Assembly (NCBI GenBank): GCA_948442015.1
Contig: CAOJRP010000006.1
Span: 1-62,753 of the forward strand
Direction: 5' to 3'
Length of the DNA: 62,753 nt
Source of the DNA: an uncultured Erysipelotrichaceae bacterium
GTDB taxonomy: Bacteria; Bacillota_I; Bacilli_A; RF39; UBA660
The notes under the pieces are model-generated. The model worked only from the letters and a program-made list of their open reading frames with translations. It was not told the origin of the DNA and searched no databases. A program made the translations under genes and the position numbers. This document shows positions 41,861 to 51,349 of the stretch, piece by piece (position 1 is the stretch's first letter; each line of letters starts with the position of its first letter).

Positions 41861-42442
41861 ATGGTAAACTTAGAAGAAAAATTTATTTTATTAGAAATTA
41901 GTGGAGAACATGGAGATATTGAAACATATAAAAATATTTTACTTGATGCAAATGCTTTAAATATTAAGAGAATATTATTTGCGTGTATTTGGGATGAACA
42001 AGAAGAAAAAGGAGAAGAACTTTTAAAAAAAGTACAAGAAATGTGTAGAACTCTTTACATAGAGCCTTTCCCATCAATTTTAGGAAGTAAAGAAATGATG
42101 TTTAAAAGTGCAATGGTTGGTACTGCAAGTTTTATAATAGAGGATATAGTTATTCCTAGTTTAAGTAATATGGTTTCCTTAGAAGATTATAAAAACAATA
42201 AAACTTTAGCAAGTCATGCTGAAACATATATGGGTAAATTTATGGAAAAGTTAGAAAATGGAGAATTAACACGAAAAGAAGAACCAACTAACAATCCAGT
42301 TAAACTAGATGAGAGTTTTATTGAAGAAAAAGTAGCAGATTTTAATGAAATGCTAAATTCTCCTTTTGGAGAGCTTATAAAACAAGCTACTAATAATACT
42401 GATAAAAGCTTATCACTTACACCTAAAGATAAAGAAGAATAG
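41861..42442 (+). CDS. Hypothetical protein
   Basis: GGAGG RBS, upstream TATAAT, 193 aa. Confidence 0.75.
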   Translation: MVNLEEKFILLEISGEHGDIETYKNILLDANALNIKRILFACIWDEQEEKGEELLKKVQEMCRTLYIEPFPSILGSKEMMFKSAMVGTASFIIEDIVIPSLSNMVSLEDYKNNKTLASHAETYMGKFMEKLENGELTRKEEPTNNPVKLDESFIEEKVADFNEMLNSPFGELIKQATNNTDKSLSLTPKDKEE

Positions 42443-42449
42443 TATTTAA

Positions 42450-42935
42450 GTGATAACATTGAAAAAAGAAATTTTATATACAGCATTTAAAGGAAAAACT
42501 AATTCTTCAAAAGTATTGTTAGATAATATAAATAGTCAAGACAAACTATATCTAACTAATAGTTTTGTTACGAGTGTTACGGAGTTAGAACAAAAATTAA
42601 AAAAGAAACATTACGATTTAATTATTTCTTTTGAACAAGCATTTTTAGACTTAGATACAATTCAAATAGAAACAATAGCACAAATAGATGATAACGTTCT
42701 TAAAACAAATTATGATTATTTAAAACTAAAAAAAGATTTAGAAAAAGAATACAAAGTTGCCATATCAAAAACAGCAAGCAATTATCTATGCAACAACATT
42801 TATTATCATGGTTTAAGAATAATAAAAGAAAACAATTACAAAACAAATATTATTTTTATTCATATACCTAAACTTGAAAATATAAGCAATATTATATCTT
42901 TAGCAAATATTTTTAATAATCTAAATCTAAAATAA
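42450..42935 (+). CDS. Pyroglutamyl peptidase I-like (peptidase C15) protein
   Basis: LYTAFKGKTNSS, IQIE, YLCNNIYY, FIHIP (E/C/H triad pattern). Confidence 0.8.
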   Translation: MITLKKEILYTAFKGKTNSSKVLLDNINSQDKLYLTNSFVTSVTELEQKLKKKHYDLIISFEQAFLDLDTIQIETIAQIDDNVLKTNYDYLKLKKDLEKEYKVAISKTASNYLCNNIYYHGLRIIKENNYKTNIIFIHIPKLENISNIISLANIFNNLNLK

Positions 42936-42943
42936 AAAGCACA

Positions 42944-44947
42944 TTATTGTGCCAATACAACTAATTCTCTCAATTCTTTATTAATACTTTTGATAACACC
43001 TTTATAACCATTTAATTTATAATTTGAAGAAGCGGCAATACTTTCGTAATTTAAGGAAGTATTGTTTTCTTTATTATATCTATCTATATATGTATTAACA
43101 TCTTCTTTTGTAACAGCATTAAAGTTAATTACTTCATCAACAATTATGTCCTCACTTTCTTTAATATTTTCTGAAAAACCAATAGAGTTTTTCGTTGTTT
43201 CGTTAAAAATAACAATCGTATTATTAAAACATATTTTCTCACTATTATAATCTAGACATTCTCCATCACTAATAATTGTGTTAAATAACTCTTTAACTTT
43301 AGGTGATGCCATATTATAATTATTTATTTCTAAGATACTACAAGGTTCATTTTTTACTTCTTGAAAAACATATTTAGTTCGATAAGTTCCACCAACTAGT
43401 TTTTCAATAGATTCATCGTAACTATAGTCTTCTAAATTAATTACTATTTTATTTCTTTTTAAAGTTTTACTAATTTCTTCAATAATCATCGATTTCCCAA
43501 CACCACTACCACCAACAAATTGTAAACTTAAGACCTCATTATCTTTAAATAATTTATATCTAATATTAGAAATTATTCTACTTATTGCTTCTTTTTGATT
43601 AATTACTTTTTCTTGTAATCTATTATTTAGTTTTGTTACTAATTCTTCTTTTGGCGTTTTAATATCAGCATTAATAATATTAGAAATTACTGCTAAGATA
43701 TCTTCTTTTGTAATAGAGATTTGTCTCTCTTCTTGTCCATTTTCTAGTTCTTTCAAAGCTCCCTCATAGTCATCTTTTAAAATATACTCTTTCTTTTTTT
43801 CATTTCTTTCATTACATTTCTTAATATAATTACAATTACTATTGACTTTAGCACATACTAAATCTAGCACTTCTAAAGACTTATCAGGATTATATCTATT
43901 ATGAATATAACGATTAGAATAGTCCATAATATCTTTAATATTTTCATCTGTTATTACTAAATCATGAAATACTTCATATTTATTCTTTACTTTCTCTAAA
44001 ATATCTTTTGTTGCTTCATAATCTGTTTCCTTAATTGTAATTAAATCAAATCTTCGATTTAATGCTTTATCTTTTAAAATCGTATTATTATACTCAGCTA
44101 TCGTTGTAGCACCAATAATTTTGATATCCCCTCTTGCTAAATATGGCTTTAAGATATCGGCAGCATTTATAGCTCCATCAGCACCTCCTGCATTAACTAA
44201 AGTATGAATTTCATCGATAAAAAGAATTATTTTATTATTTATTAAAGAATCAATCAAATTATGAAGTTTTTCTTCAAATTCTCCACGGTATTTAGTCCCT
44301 GCAACTAGAGAACCCATTTCAATACTAATAATTTTATAACCAATTAGTTTATCTGGAACTTCTTTCTTCTTTAGTCTTCTTGCTAGTTCAGTAACTATTG
44401 CTGTTTTACCTACTCCAGCATTACCTATAAGTAAGGGATTACATTTATCTTTTTTTAGCAGTGAACTTATTATTGATTCTATTTCCTTTTCCCTTCCTAT
44501 TAAAATACTATCGCTATCAAGTTCTTTACCTAAAGAAAGTGACCCAGTAGAGTTCTTAACTAAGTCATTATATAGAGCATCTAAATCGACTCCCATGTTT
44601 AATAAAACTCTAATAGCTATTCCATCACTTTCTTCGATTAAAGCAATTATTAAATGTTTAGAACTCACTTCTTCATTTTTATTACTAGCTACATCGTTTG
44701 CATTTTCAATAATTCTTTTAAAAAGAGGGGTATGTAAAACATAAGGAGTATCCTTCTTACAGTTACCAACTATTTTCACTAAGTTTTTAGAAAAACTATT
44801 ATAAGTAATACTGTATCTATTAAGTGTTGCTACTACTTCATCATCACTTGCTAAAATTGAAAGTAATAAATGCTCACTTCCAACGTAAGGATGTCTTAAT
44901 TTCTTCATTTCATACTCGGCATTTTTTAATATTTCATTATATTCCAT
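42944..44947 (-). CDS. ClpC/ClpA-like AAA+ ATPase, shortened, with degenerate second ATPase domain
   Basis: Clp N-domain (VGSEHLLL), GNAGVGKT, AGTKYRGEFEE, LFIDEIH; second Walker A GGSGVGKS. Confidence 0.88.
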   Translation of the reverse strand: MEYNEILKNAEYEMKKLRHPYVGSEHLLLSILASDDEVVATLNRYSITYNSFSKNLVKIVGNCKKDTPYVLHTPLFKRIIENANDVASNKNEEVSSKHLIIALIEESDGIAIRVLLNMGVDLDALYNDLVKNSTGSLSLGKELDSDSILIGREKEIESIISSLLKKDKCNPLLIGNAGVGKTAIVTELARRLKKKEVPDKLIGYKIISIEMGSLVAGTKYRGEFEEKLHNLIDSLINNKIILFIDEIHTLVNAGGADGAINAADILKPYLARGDIKIIGATTIAEYNNTILKDKALNRRFDLITIKETDYEATKDILEKVKNKYEVFHDLVITDENIKDIMDYSNRYIHNRYNPDKSLEVLDLVCAKVNSNCNYIKKCNERNEKKKEYILKDDYEGALKELENGQEERQISITKEDILAVISNIINADIKTPKEELVTKLNNRLQEKVINQKEAISRIISNIRYKLFKDNEVLSLQFVGGSGVGKSMIIEEISKTLKRNKIVINLEDYSYDESIEKLVGGTYRTKYVFQEVKNEPCSILEINNYNMASPKVKELFNTIISDGECLDYNSEKICFNNTIVIFNETTKNSIGFSENIKESEDIIVDEVINFNAVTKEDVNTYIDRYNKENNTSLNYESIAASSNYKLNGYKGVIKSINKELRELVVLAQ

Positions 44948-45005
44948 AAATAAAATCTCCTCTATTAATATTATGAAGGAGATTTAAAATATTTAATCAA
45001 ACTTA

Positions 45006-46259
45006 TTATAAATTTTTTATAAATGTACTAAGAGATTCCCCTTTAACCACTCTTATTCTTGGTAATAAGTAAGGATCCATGCCTTTTTTGGCTTTTCCAA
45101 ATACTGTTGTAAGTCCCACTTTAAAACCAGCTTCTTTTGTAATTGCTAATACTTGTTCATTAACATGTCCAAAAGGATAAGCTAATACGTCACTATTTCC
45201 AACTATAGATATACTTGTCTGTAAGTCCTTTAAACCATCATTATGATTTATACAAGTGAATTTACCATATCCATCGCAAGTAAGCCAGTGCATATCATGT
45301 GTGTGAGATCCAAAATTAATATAAGGAGAAGAATAGTTCTTAAAATACATTCCTGTCTCCCACCTCGTCATTAAAAAGCAAGTAGCGGGTACACCATATT
45401 TGTTTAAAATAGGTACAGCATATAAAGGAACAGATTTATGCCAATCATCAATTGTTATAACAACACTTTTCTCTGGTAATGTCTTTTTCCCATCAATAAA
45501 AGCTCTAACTTCATCCCATGTAGGAAAATAATAGTTATTATCTTTTAAATATTTAATTTGTTCTTCAAATAATTTGATTTCTAAGTAATTGTTATCTTTG
45601 GCTACTTCGCCATTTTCTTCACTATAGAAAAAATGATACATTAATATTGGAATACCTCTTCCTGTTCCATTAGTTACTGCACTAATAACTTTCTTTTTAA
45701 CATTGATTATTCTTTCAGTATTTACTTCATTTCCAGATGAGTCTTTTACTTTATAAATAATCTTATATTGTCCTTTCGTCTTGTAATCAACTTCATCAAT
45801 CACTTCAACATTATCTGTTATATCCCCATCATAATTATCAATTGCCGTATATCCTTCTTCTTTATAAGCAGCTTTCTTTGTATCAGTAAAGTAAATAGTG
45901 TATTCTTTTTTTCCTTTTAAAGTAATCTCTGGAGAAATATTATCAACTACTTTAACAATTCTTTTTTCTTCATTAGTATGTTTTAAATATTTAGTATTAA
46001 AACTATAATTTATTTCGTAAGTACCAACTTTACTAGAATCTACTTCTCCTCTAATTTTAATATCTTTAGAATAATCTTTATTTAAAATAGTTAGTTTTGC
46101 TCCTTCTTCATTATAGTTTTCATTTAAAGGGATAATTATTTCCTGTTCTCCATTAATAGCTAATACTGGTTTTACACATAAATAAATATATAAACTAGGT
46201 ATTATCAATATTAATAAAAAAGTAATTACTATAATTAAAATAACTTTTCTCTTTCTCAT
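45006..46259 (-). CDS. Membrane-anchored polysaccharide deacetylase with Ig-like (DUF5011-type) repeats
   Basis: N-terminal TM, YTAIDNYDGDIT, PILMYH, ITIDD, SHTHDMH, AYPFG. Confidence 0.92.
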   Translation of the reverse strand: MRKRKVILIIVITFLLILIIPSLYIYLCVKPVLAINGEQEIIIPLNENYNEEGAKLTILNKDYSKDIKIRGEVDSSKVGTYEINYSFNTKYLKHTNEEKRIVKVVDNISPEITLKGKKEYTIYFTDTKKAAYKEEGYTAIDNYDGDITDNVEVIDEVDYKTKGQYKIIYKVKDSSGNEVNTERIINVKKKVISAVTNGTGRGIPILMYHFFYSEENGEVAKDNNYLEIKLFEEQIKYLKDNNYYFPTWDEVRAFIDGKKTLPEKSVVITIDDWHKSVPLYAVPILNKYGVPATCFLMTRWETGMYFKNYSSPYINFGSHTHDMHWLTCDGYGKFTCINHNDGLKDLQTSISIVGNSDVLAYPFGHVNEQVLAITKEAGFKVGLTTVFGKAKKGMDPYLLPRIRVVKGESLSTFIKNL

Positions 46260-46308
46260 ATTTCTCACCATTTATATAGTAACACAAAATAAACCTTTTT
46301 TAATATAG

Positions 46309-46324
46309 TTATGTTATAATATTT
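46309..46324 (+). repeat. att core (integrase-side junction) TTATGTTATAATATTT
   Basis: Identical to 58152-58167; 52 bp from the integrase stop codon. Confidence 0.85.
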
Positions 46325-46370
46325 CAAATTTTGAAGAAAACCTTTATAAACAAAGGGTTTTAAAAACAGT

Positions 46371-46391
46371 TTGTTACTAACTTGTTATTAG
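46371..46391 (+). repeat. Putative integrase arm-type sites (TTGTTACTAAC tandem)
   Basis: ttgttactaac-ttgttattag here; ctgttactatc-ttgttactaac at 58040-58061; inverted pair at 51980-52000. Confidence 0.65.
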
Positions 46392-47393
46392 TTCAATTGC
46401 ATATTTTAGTTCTTCAAGTGTTTTATGTGTATAAACTCTTTCACCAACTTCTTTGGATTTGTGACCCATTAACATATCAATACATTTCTTATTTGCACCT
46501 GCTGAATCCAATCTACTTCTGAATGTATGTCTGCATTCATGTGGTGTATGATCCATTTTAAATTTTTCCATTAAATCATCCCATATTTTATAATATAGAT
46601 AACTTGATAACTTTTTCCCATCTAGTTCAAATAAATAAACTTGTCCAGATTCCACCCTAGATTTGATTATATTGAAGATTTTGGAATGAATAGGTATAAT
46701 CCTATTCTTACCAGCATTTGTCTTTGTACCACCTTGTATTGTGCCTTGTTCAAGGTCTATATCTGTAATTTTAATATTTAAAAGTTCACTAATTCTAAAA
46801 CCCGTGTATATGAATACTAATATTGAATCAACCCATTCTTCTTTTTCATGTTCCCACAATATCTTAATTTCTTCTTCAGTGAATGGGATTTTAGTTGTTT
46901 CAGGAATACTTTCAGCAGTAGTTAATTGTGCATAAGACTTATTTATAACATCTAGTTCTAAAGCAAATTTATCTAAATGACCAAATAAATTTTTAATTGC
47001 CCATTGTGTTGAATAACCACAACCACAATTATCAATACAATCTTGCATGTGAAATGATTTTAAATCCTTATACTTCATATCATGATATTTTTTAGTGTGT
47101 TTAAATGCTGAAGTTAGTGAACCTCTAGTTGATTTATTTAATTTTAATAATTTCTTTTCTTGAAATAATTTCCATAATTCTTTTAATGTAACCTTAACTG
47201 CATCTACATCATAAGGATCATTATTATATAATGCTAACATAATATTTCCTTCTTCTCTTGTAGGTGCATATCCAATTGTTAAATAAATAGGGTGACCTTT
47301 TTCATTCCATCCAGTGGTTTTTCTTACTGCAAATGGATTTCTTCTGTTTCCTGATAATTTAACAACTGATCCATAACCATTTGGATTTTTCAT
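46377..47393 (-). CDS. Tyrosine recombinase / phage integrase (start MKNPNG)
   Basis: YTGFRISEL (R), KT.AG, HECRHTF (HxxR), MGH, VYTH (Y). Confidence 0.97.
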   Translation of the reverse strand: MKNPNGYGSVVKLSGNRRNPFAVRKTTGWNEKGHPIYLTIGYAPTREEGNIMLALYNNDPYDVDAVKVTLKELWKLFQEKKLLKLNKSTRGSLTSAFKHTKKYHDMKYKDLKSFHMQDCIDNCGCGYSTQWAIKNLFGHLDKFALELDVINKSYAQLTTAESIPETTKIPFTEEEIKILWEHEKEEWVDSILVFIYTGFRISELLNIKITDIDLEQGTIQGGTKTNAGKNRIIPIHSKIFNIIKSRVESGQVYLFELDGKKLSSYLYYKIWDDLMEKFKMDHTPHECRHTFRSRLDSAGANKKCIDMLMGHKSKEVGERVYTHKTLEELKYAIELITS

Positions 47394-47523
47394 TTTATCA
47401 AATTCCTTTCTAATTTTTTTTACATATGACATTTGACTAAATCCCAAGAAAATGATAAAATGATATTGTCAAATATGGGAATTAGAATGACTTTCTTTTC
47501 ATTATTTGATTAAATTTAGACTT

Positions 47524-47550
47524 TGTTCCTTGTGCTGTCACACAGGGAAC
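47524..47550. terminator. Hairpin between repressor and integrase
   Basis: gttccttgtg-loop-cacagggaac. Confidence 0.65.
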
Positions 47551-47556
47551 TATTTT

Positions 47557-47994
47557 TTATTTTGTGTTTTGAGAATCATCATTTGGTGATTCTTTTTTGT
47601 ATTTTGGAATTAAAGTAAGATCATCAACAACTTCAATTGCTTTTTGCTTTCCTTTTGAATTTAATTCATCAAAAGATTCAAGTATGTTTACATAATCAGA
47701 ACCAAAAGTATTTTGAATTTGTTCAATAGTGTTTACCTTTTCTTGAAGTTTTTCTTTTATTGAACTTTCTTCCCAACCTTTTAATGTATTGTCATTAACA
47801 CCAGAATTTAACCAAAGTTCAGATACATTGAATGTCTTACTTATAAGTTTAATATTTCTAATAGATAGGTTTCTTGTTCCATTCTCTATATTAGATATTC
47901 CTGATTTTTTTAATCCAATTTTTTCACCAAATTCTTCTTGTGTTAAACCTAATGACAATCTTAATTCTTTAACCCTATTACCAATATCACTCAT
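47557..47994 (-). CDS. XRE-family master repressor (CI/Stl-like)
   Basis: LRLSLGLTQEEFGEKIGLKKSGISNIENG; divergent from a Cro-like gene. Confidence 0.9.
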   Translation of the reverse strand: MSDIGNRVKELRLSLGLTQEEFGEKIGLKKSGISNIENGTRNLSIRNIKLISKTFNVSELWLNSGVNDNTLKGWEESSIKEKLQEKVNTIEQIQNTFGSDYVNILESFDELNSKGKQKAIEVVDDLTLIPKYKKESPNDDSQNTK

Positions 47995-48095
47995 CAAAAT
48001 CCTCCTTCTATAATTGGTACAAGTACATTATATATCAAAAAATTATGTTTGTAAACATTATTTACCCAAAAGTTTTCAAAAGTTCACAAAAGTTA

Positions 48096-48125
48096 TTGAC
48101 AAGTACACAAAAGATATATTATAAT
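48096..48125 (+). promoter_or_regulatory. Rightward (lytic-type) promoter of the element
   Basis: TTGACA-18-TATAAT; overlapped by the repeat aagtWcacaaaag (48080 and 48101), a possible operator. Confidence 0.7.
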
Positions 48126-48159
48126 GTATTCATACAGAACAAGAAAGAAGGTGAAAAAT

Positions 48160-48366
48160 ATGAAAATTGATAAAGAAAAATTACAATTAGCAATAGCAAA
48201 AAAATGTTATACAATTAATGATTTAGCAGAAAAAGCAGAAATTTCAAGAAATAGTATTAATGCTTATATGTCAGGAAGAAAAAATCCTAAACCAATGACA
48301 GTTGGAAAAATAGCAAGGGTTCTTGAAGTAAAAGTGGAAGATATAGTTAAAACGGAAAACAATTAG
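48160..48366 (+). CDS. Cro-like HTH regulator
   Basis: TINDLAEKAEISRNSINAYMSG. Confidence 0.85.
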   Translation: MKIDKEKLQLAIAKKCYTINDLAEKAEISRNSINAYMSGRKNPKPMTVGKIARVLEVKVEDIVKTENN

Positions 48367-48403
48367 TCTAAATTTATTCAAAGTGAAAGGAAATGATAGA
48401 AAA

Positions 48404-48817
48404 ATGAATAAAAAAATTGCAAGTGGAATTTATAAAGTTAATGTTGTAAAAATGGAATTGAAAGGATCTAAAAATGATGATCCAATGGTTTCAATTTGGT
48501 TTAAGGTTGTACCACAAGGTAAATATACCAATAAATTAATATTTATGAACCAGGTGATTACAGAAGGTTATCAGATTCATATTGTAAATGAATTATTAAG
48601 AAGTTTAACTGAAAATTTAACTGATGTAGATATAGAATTTATTAATTATCCCCAATATTCAAAACTATTAGATGATGTTGTTAAAAAGATAAGAAATAAA
48701 TTTATTTACTTACTAGATTATAGGCAAAATACTAAAGGATATAAATTATTTAAAATTGTAAAAACATTTGATGTTAAAGAAAAAGGAAGCAACCTGAATG
48801 TTAAAATTACAAAATAA
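48404..48817 (+). CDS. DUF669-like phage protein (possible ssDNA-binding)
   Basis: GIYKVNVVKMELKGSKNDDPMVSIWFKV..GKY.NKLIF. Confidence 0.7.
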   Translation: MNKKIASGIYKVNVVKMELKGSKNDDPMVSIWFKVVPQGKYTNKLIFMNQVITEGYQIHIVNELLRSLTENLTDVDIEFINYPQYSKLLDDVVKKIRNKFIYLLDYRQNTKGYKLFKIVKTFDVKEKGSNLNVKITK

Positions 48818-48844
48818 AAATATAAAAAGGAAGGTGGTGATATA

Positions 48845-50836
48845 ATGGATGAATTTTTTAAAGGATATGTAAAAACTAAAGATAAAAAGTGCATGGAAAA
48901 GTTCAAAAATAGAAATGATTTTAAATCTTATGAAGAAGTAAAAGACTTACCTGAATTTGCAGGAATTCTTGCAGACAATACTATTTTAGTTGATATTGAT
49001 GATAGTGAACAAGCAGAACTTATGATGAACATTGTTGAAGATTTTCAACTTAATTGTAGAGTTTATCAAACAACTAGAGGGAAACATTTTCTATTCAGAA
49101 ATACAAACATTGAAAAATGTTATACCCATTGCAATTTAGCATGTGGAATAACTGCTGATATTAAAGTTGGATGTAAAAATTCATATGAAATTCTTAAATT
49201 TGATAATAAAGAAAGATTTATTGAATGGGATATTGAAGAAGGCATGGAATATCAATCTATTCCTAAATGGATGACACCAGTAAAAAATAGTACAGATTTT
49301 CAAAATATGGAAAATGGTGATGGAAGAAATCAAGCATTATTTAATTATATCCTAACCTTACAATCAAGTGATTTTTCAATAGAGGAAGCAAGAGAAACTA
49401 TAAAAATCATTAATAATTATGTTTTGAAAGAACCATTATCAGATGATGAATTGGATGTAATATTAAGAGATGATTCATTTAAGAAACCTATTTTTTACAA
49501 GGGAAATTCATTCTTATTTGATAAATTTGCTTTATTTTTAAAGAATAATCATCATATCAAAAGGATTAATAATCAATTACATTTATTTAAAGATGGAATA
49601 TACATTACTGGTCAACAAGAAATTGAATCAGCAATGATCGAGCATATACCACAATTAAATAGAGCAAAAAGAACAGAAGTAATGTCATATTTAGATATTT
49701 TGATTAGAGAAAATACACCAGTTACACCAGCAAAATTTATTGCTTTTAGGAATGGGATTTTAAACATTGATACAAATGAATTATTACCTTATTCACCTGA
49801 TTTTATTATTACTAATAAAATTGAATGGGATTATAACAAAAATGCTTATTCTGAAGAAGTTGATGAAGTATTAAATAATATTTCTTGTAATGATAAAGAA
49901 ATAAGGGAATTACTTGAAGAAATTGTTGGATCTTGCTTTTACAGATCACAAACACTTGCTGGTGGAAAAGCTATTGTTTTAGTCGGAAATGGTGCAAATG
50001 GTAAATCCACATATCTTAAATTGCTAAAAAAAGTTTTAGGTGATGAAAACACTTCAGCACTTGATTTAAGAAAGTTAGATGATAAATTTTCTACTGTTAT
50101 GATGTTTGGAAAATTAGCAAACATTGGGGATGATATAAATGATAAAATTATTTGTGATATGTCCTTTTTTAAAAAGGTTGTAACTGGGGAAACTGTTCCA
50201 GCACAACAGAAAGGTCAACCCCAATTTGATTTTGCCCCATATTGTAAATTAATATTTAGTGCAAATAATATTCCTAGAATGGGTAATGGTATGGATTCAT
50301 TTGCAATTCGTAGAAGATTAGTCATTGTTCCATTTAATGCTAAATTTACAAAAGGCAACGAAAATTATAACTTAAATATTGTTTCTTCATTATCTACACA
50401 ATCAAGTATGGAATATTTAATTAAATTAGGGGTTGAAGGATTAAAGAGGATATTACAAAATAATGATTATACTACTTCAGATAAGGTTCAATCTGAAATG
50501 AAAGATTATCAAATGGCAAATGATCCTATTTTTGCTTTTATAATCGAAGAACAAGAAAAAATAAGTGTTGATGGTGCAAAAGTCTTTGAGAATGAATTTC
50601 AAAAGGATGTAAAAGCAAGATATGAAGTCTTTTGTATAAATAATGGTTTTAATAATGACAAAATTCCAGATAATATGTTTACAAAAAAATTAAAACTATA
50701 TATACCTACTTTAGAAACAACAAGACCTAGGGTAAATATAGAAACTAAAAATGCTGAAGGAAGACTTCAAAATAAAAGTATTAGAAAAACACAATATGTT
50801 TATATGGACACAATAAACAAAAATAGGACAAGTTAG
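48845..50836 (+). CDS. Primase-helicase, phage/plasmid P4 family (D5-like SF3 helicase)
   Basis: VDIDD and TTRGKHF (prim-pol), GDGRNQAL (PriCT), GNGANGKST Walker A, LANIGDDI, IFSANNIP. Confidence 0.93.
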   Translation: MDEFFKGYVKTKDKKCMEKFKNRNDFKSYEEVKDLPEFAGILADNTILVDIDDSEQAELMMNIVEDFQLNCRVYQTTRGKHFLFRNTNIEKCYTHCNLACGITADIKVGCKNSYEILKFDNKERFIEWDIEEGMEYQSIPKWMTPVKNSTDFQNMENGDGRNQALFNYILTLQSSDFSIEEARETIKIINNYVLKEPLSDDELDVILRDDSFKKPIFYKGNSFLFDKFALFLKNNHHIKRINNQLHLFKDGIYITGQQEIESAMIEHIPQLNRAKRTEVMSYLDILIRENTPVTPAKFIAFRNGILNIDTNELLPYSPDFIITNKIEWDYNKNAYSEEVDEVLNNISCNDKEIRELLEEIVGSCFYRSQTLAGGKAIVLVGNGANGKSTYLKLLKKVLGDENTSALDLRKLDDKFSTVMMFGKLANIGDDINDKIICDMSFFKKVVTGETVPAQQKGQPQFDFAPYCKLIFSANNIPRMGNGMDSFAIRRRLVIVPFNAKFTKGNENYNLNIVSSLSTQSSMEYLIKLGVEGLKRILQNNDYTTSDKVQSEMKDYQMANDPIFAFIIEEQEKISVDGAKVFENEFQKDVKARYEVFCINNGFNNDKIPDNMFTKKLKLYIPTLETTRPRVNIETKNAEGRLQNKSIRKTQYVYMDTINKNRTS

Positions 50837-51032
50837 GTACAAGCATAAATTATTAACTTGTCCTTGATTTTTACAAATAAATAAAAGGATTTTTAAGATT
50901 ATGGACAGGTGGACAAGTTAAATTCAATTTATTTATAAAATATAATACACTAAAAAAAAAGTATTAATAAATTTTTTTATATACAGAAAAAAAAGAATAT
51001 AAATTAACTTGTCTTCTTGTCCAACATGTCCA
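50805..51032. other. Putative replication origin of the element
   Basis: GGACA(AGTT) iterons at 50805, 50826, 50903 and 50911, with inverted copies at 50855 and 51006-51031 flanking an AT-rich core directly downstream of the helicase. Confidence 0.75.
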
Positions 51033-51064
51033 TTTATCTTTTATGAAAGGAAGATGAAAATTAT

Positions 51065-51349
51065 ATGAAAACTAGAAATTTTAATGAACTGAAAGATTGT
51101 ATACCTAAAGAAGTATATGATCATATAAAAAATAATTATGCAGGTGATGCTTTTTACATATCTACTAAAGATTATGAATTTTCATCACCTACAGAAAAAA
51201 TAAAATACATTCAAAAATTGTATTTTGGTGGTAAATCGGTGAAATATATAGCAAATGAACTTGGAATGTCTGAAGATCGAGTTAATCATCTTAAAAATGC
51301 TAAATTAAAAAAAGATAATGCTAATAAAGTTGAACCTGAAAAAACCTGA
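51065..51349 (+). CDS. Mor-like transcription activator / HTH protein
   Basis: IKNNYAGDAFYI followed by HTH GKSVKYIANELGMSEDRV. Confidence 0.7.
   Translation: MKTRNFNELKDCIPKEVYDHIKNNYAGDAFYISTKDYEFSSPTEKIKYIQKLYFGGKSVKYIANELGMSEDRVNHLKNAKLKKDNANKVEPEKT

Noticed and set aside
46290-46324. dif site (XerCD) as the attachment site
   Set aside because: TTATGTTA resembles a XerD arm, but spacing and the XerC arm do not fit. The element encodes its own integrase with arm-type sites.
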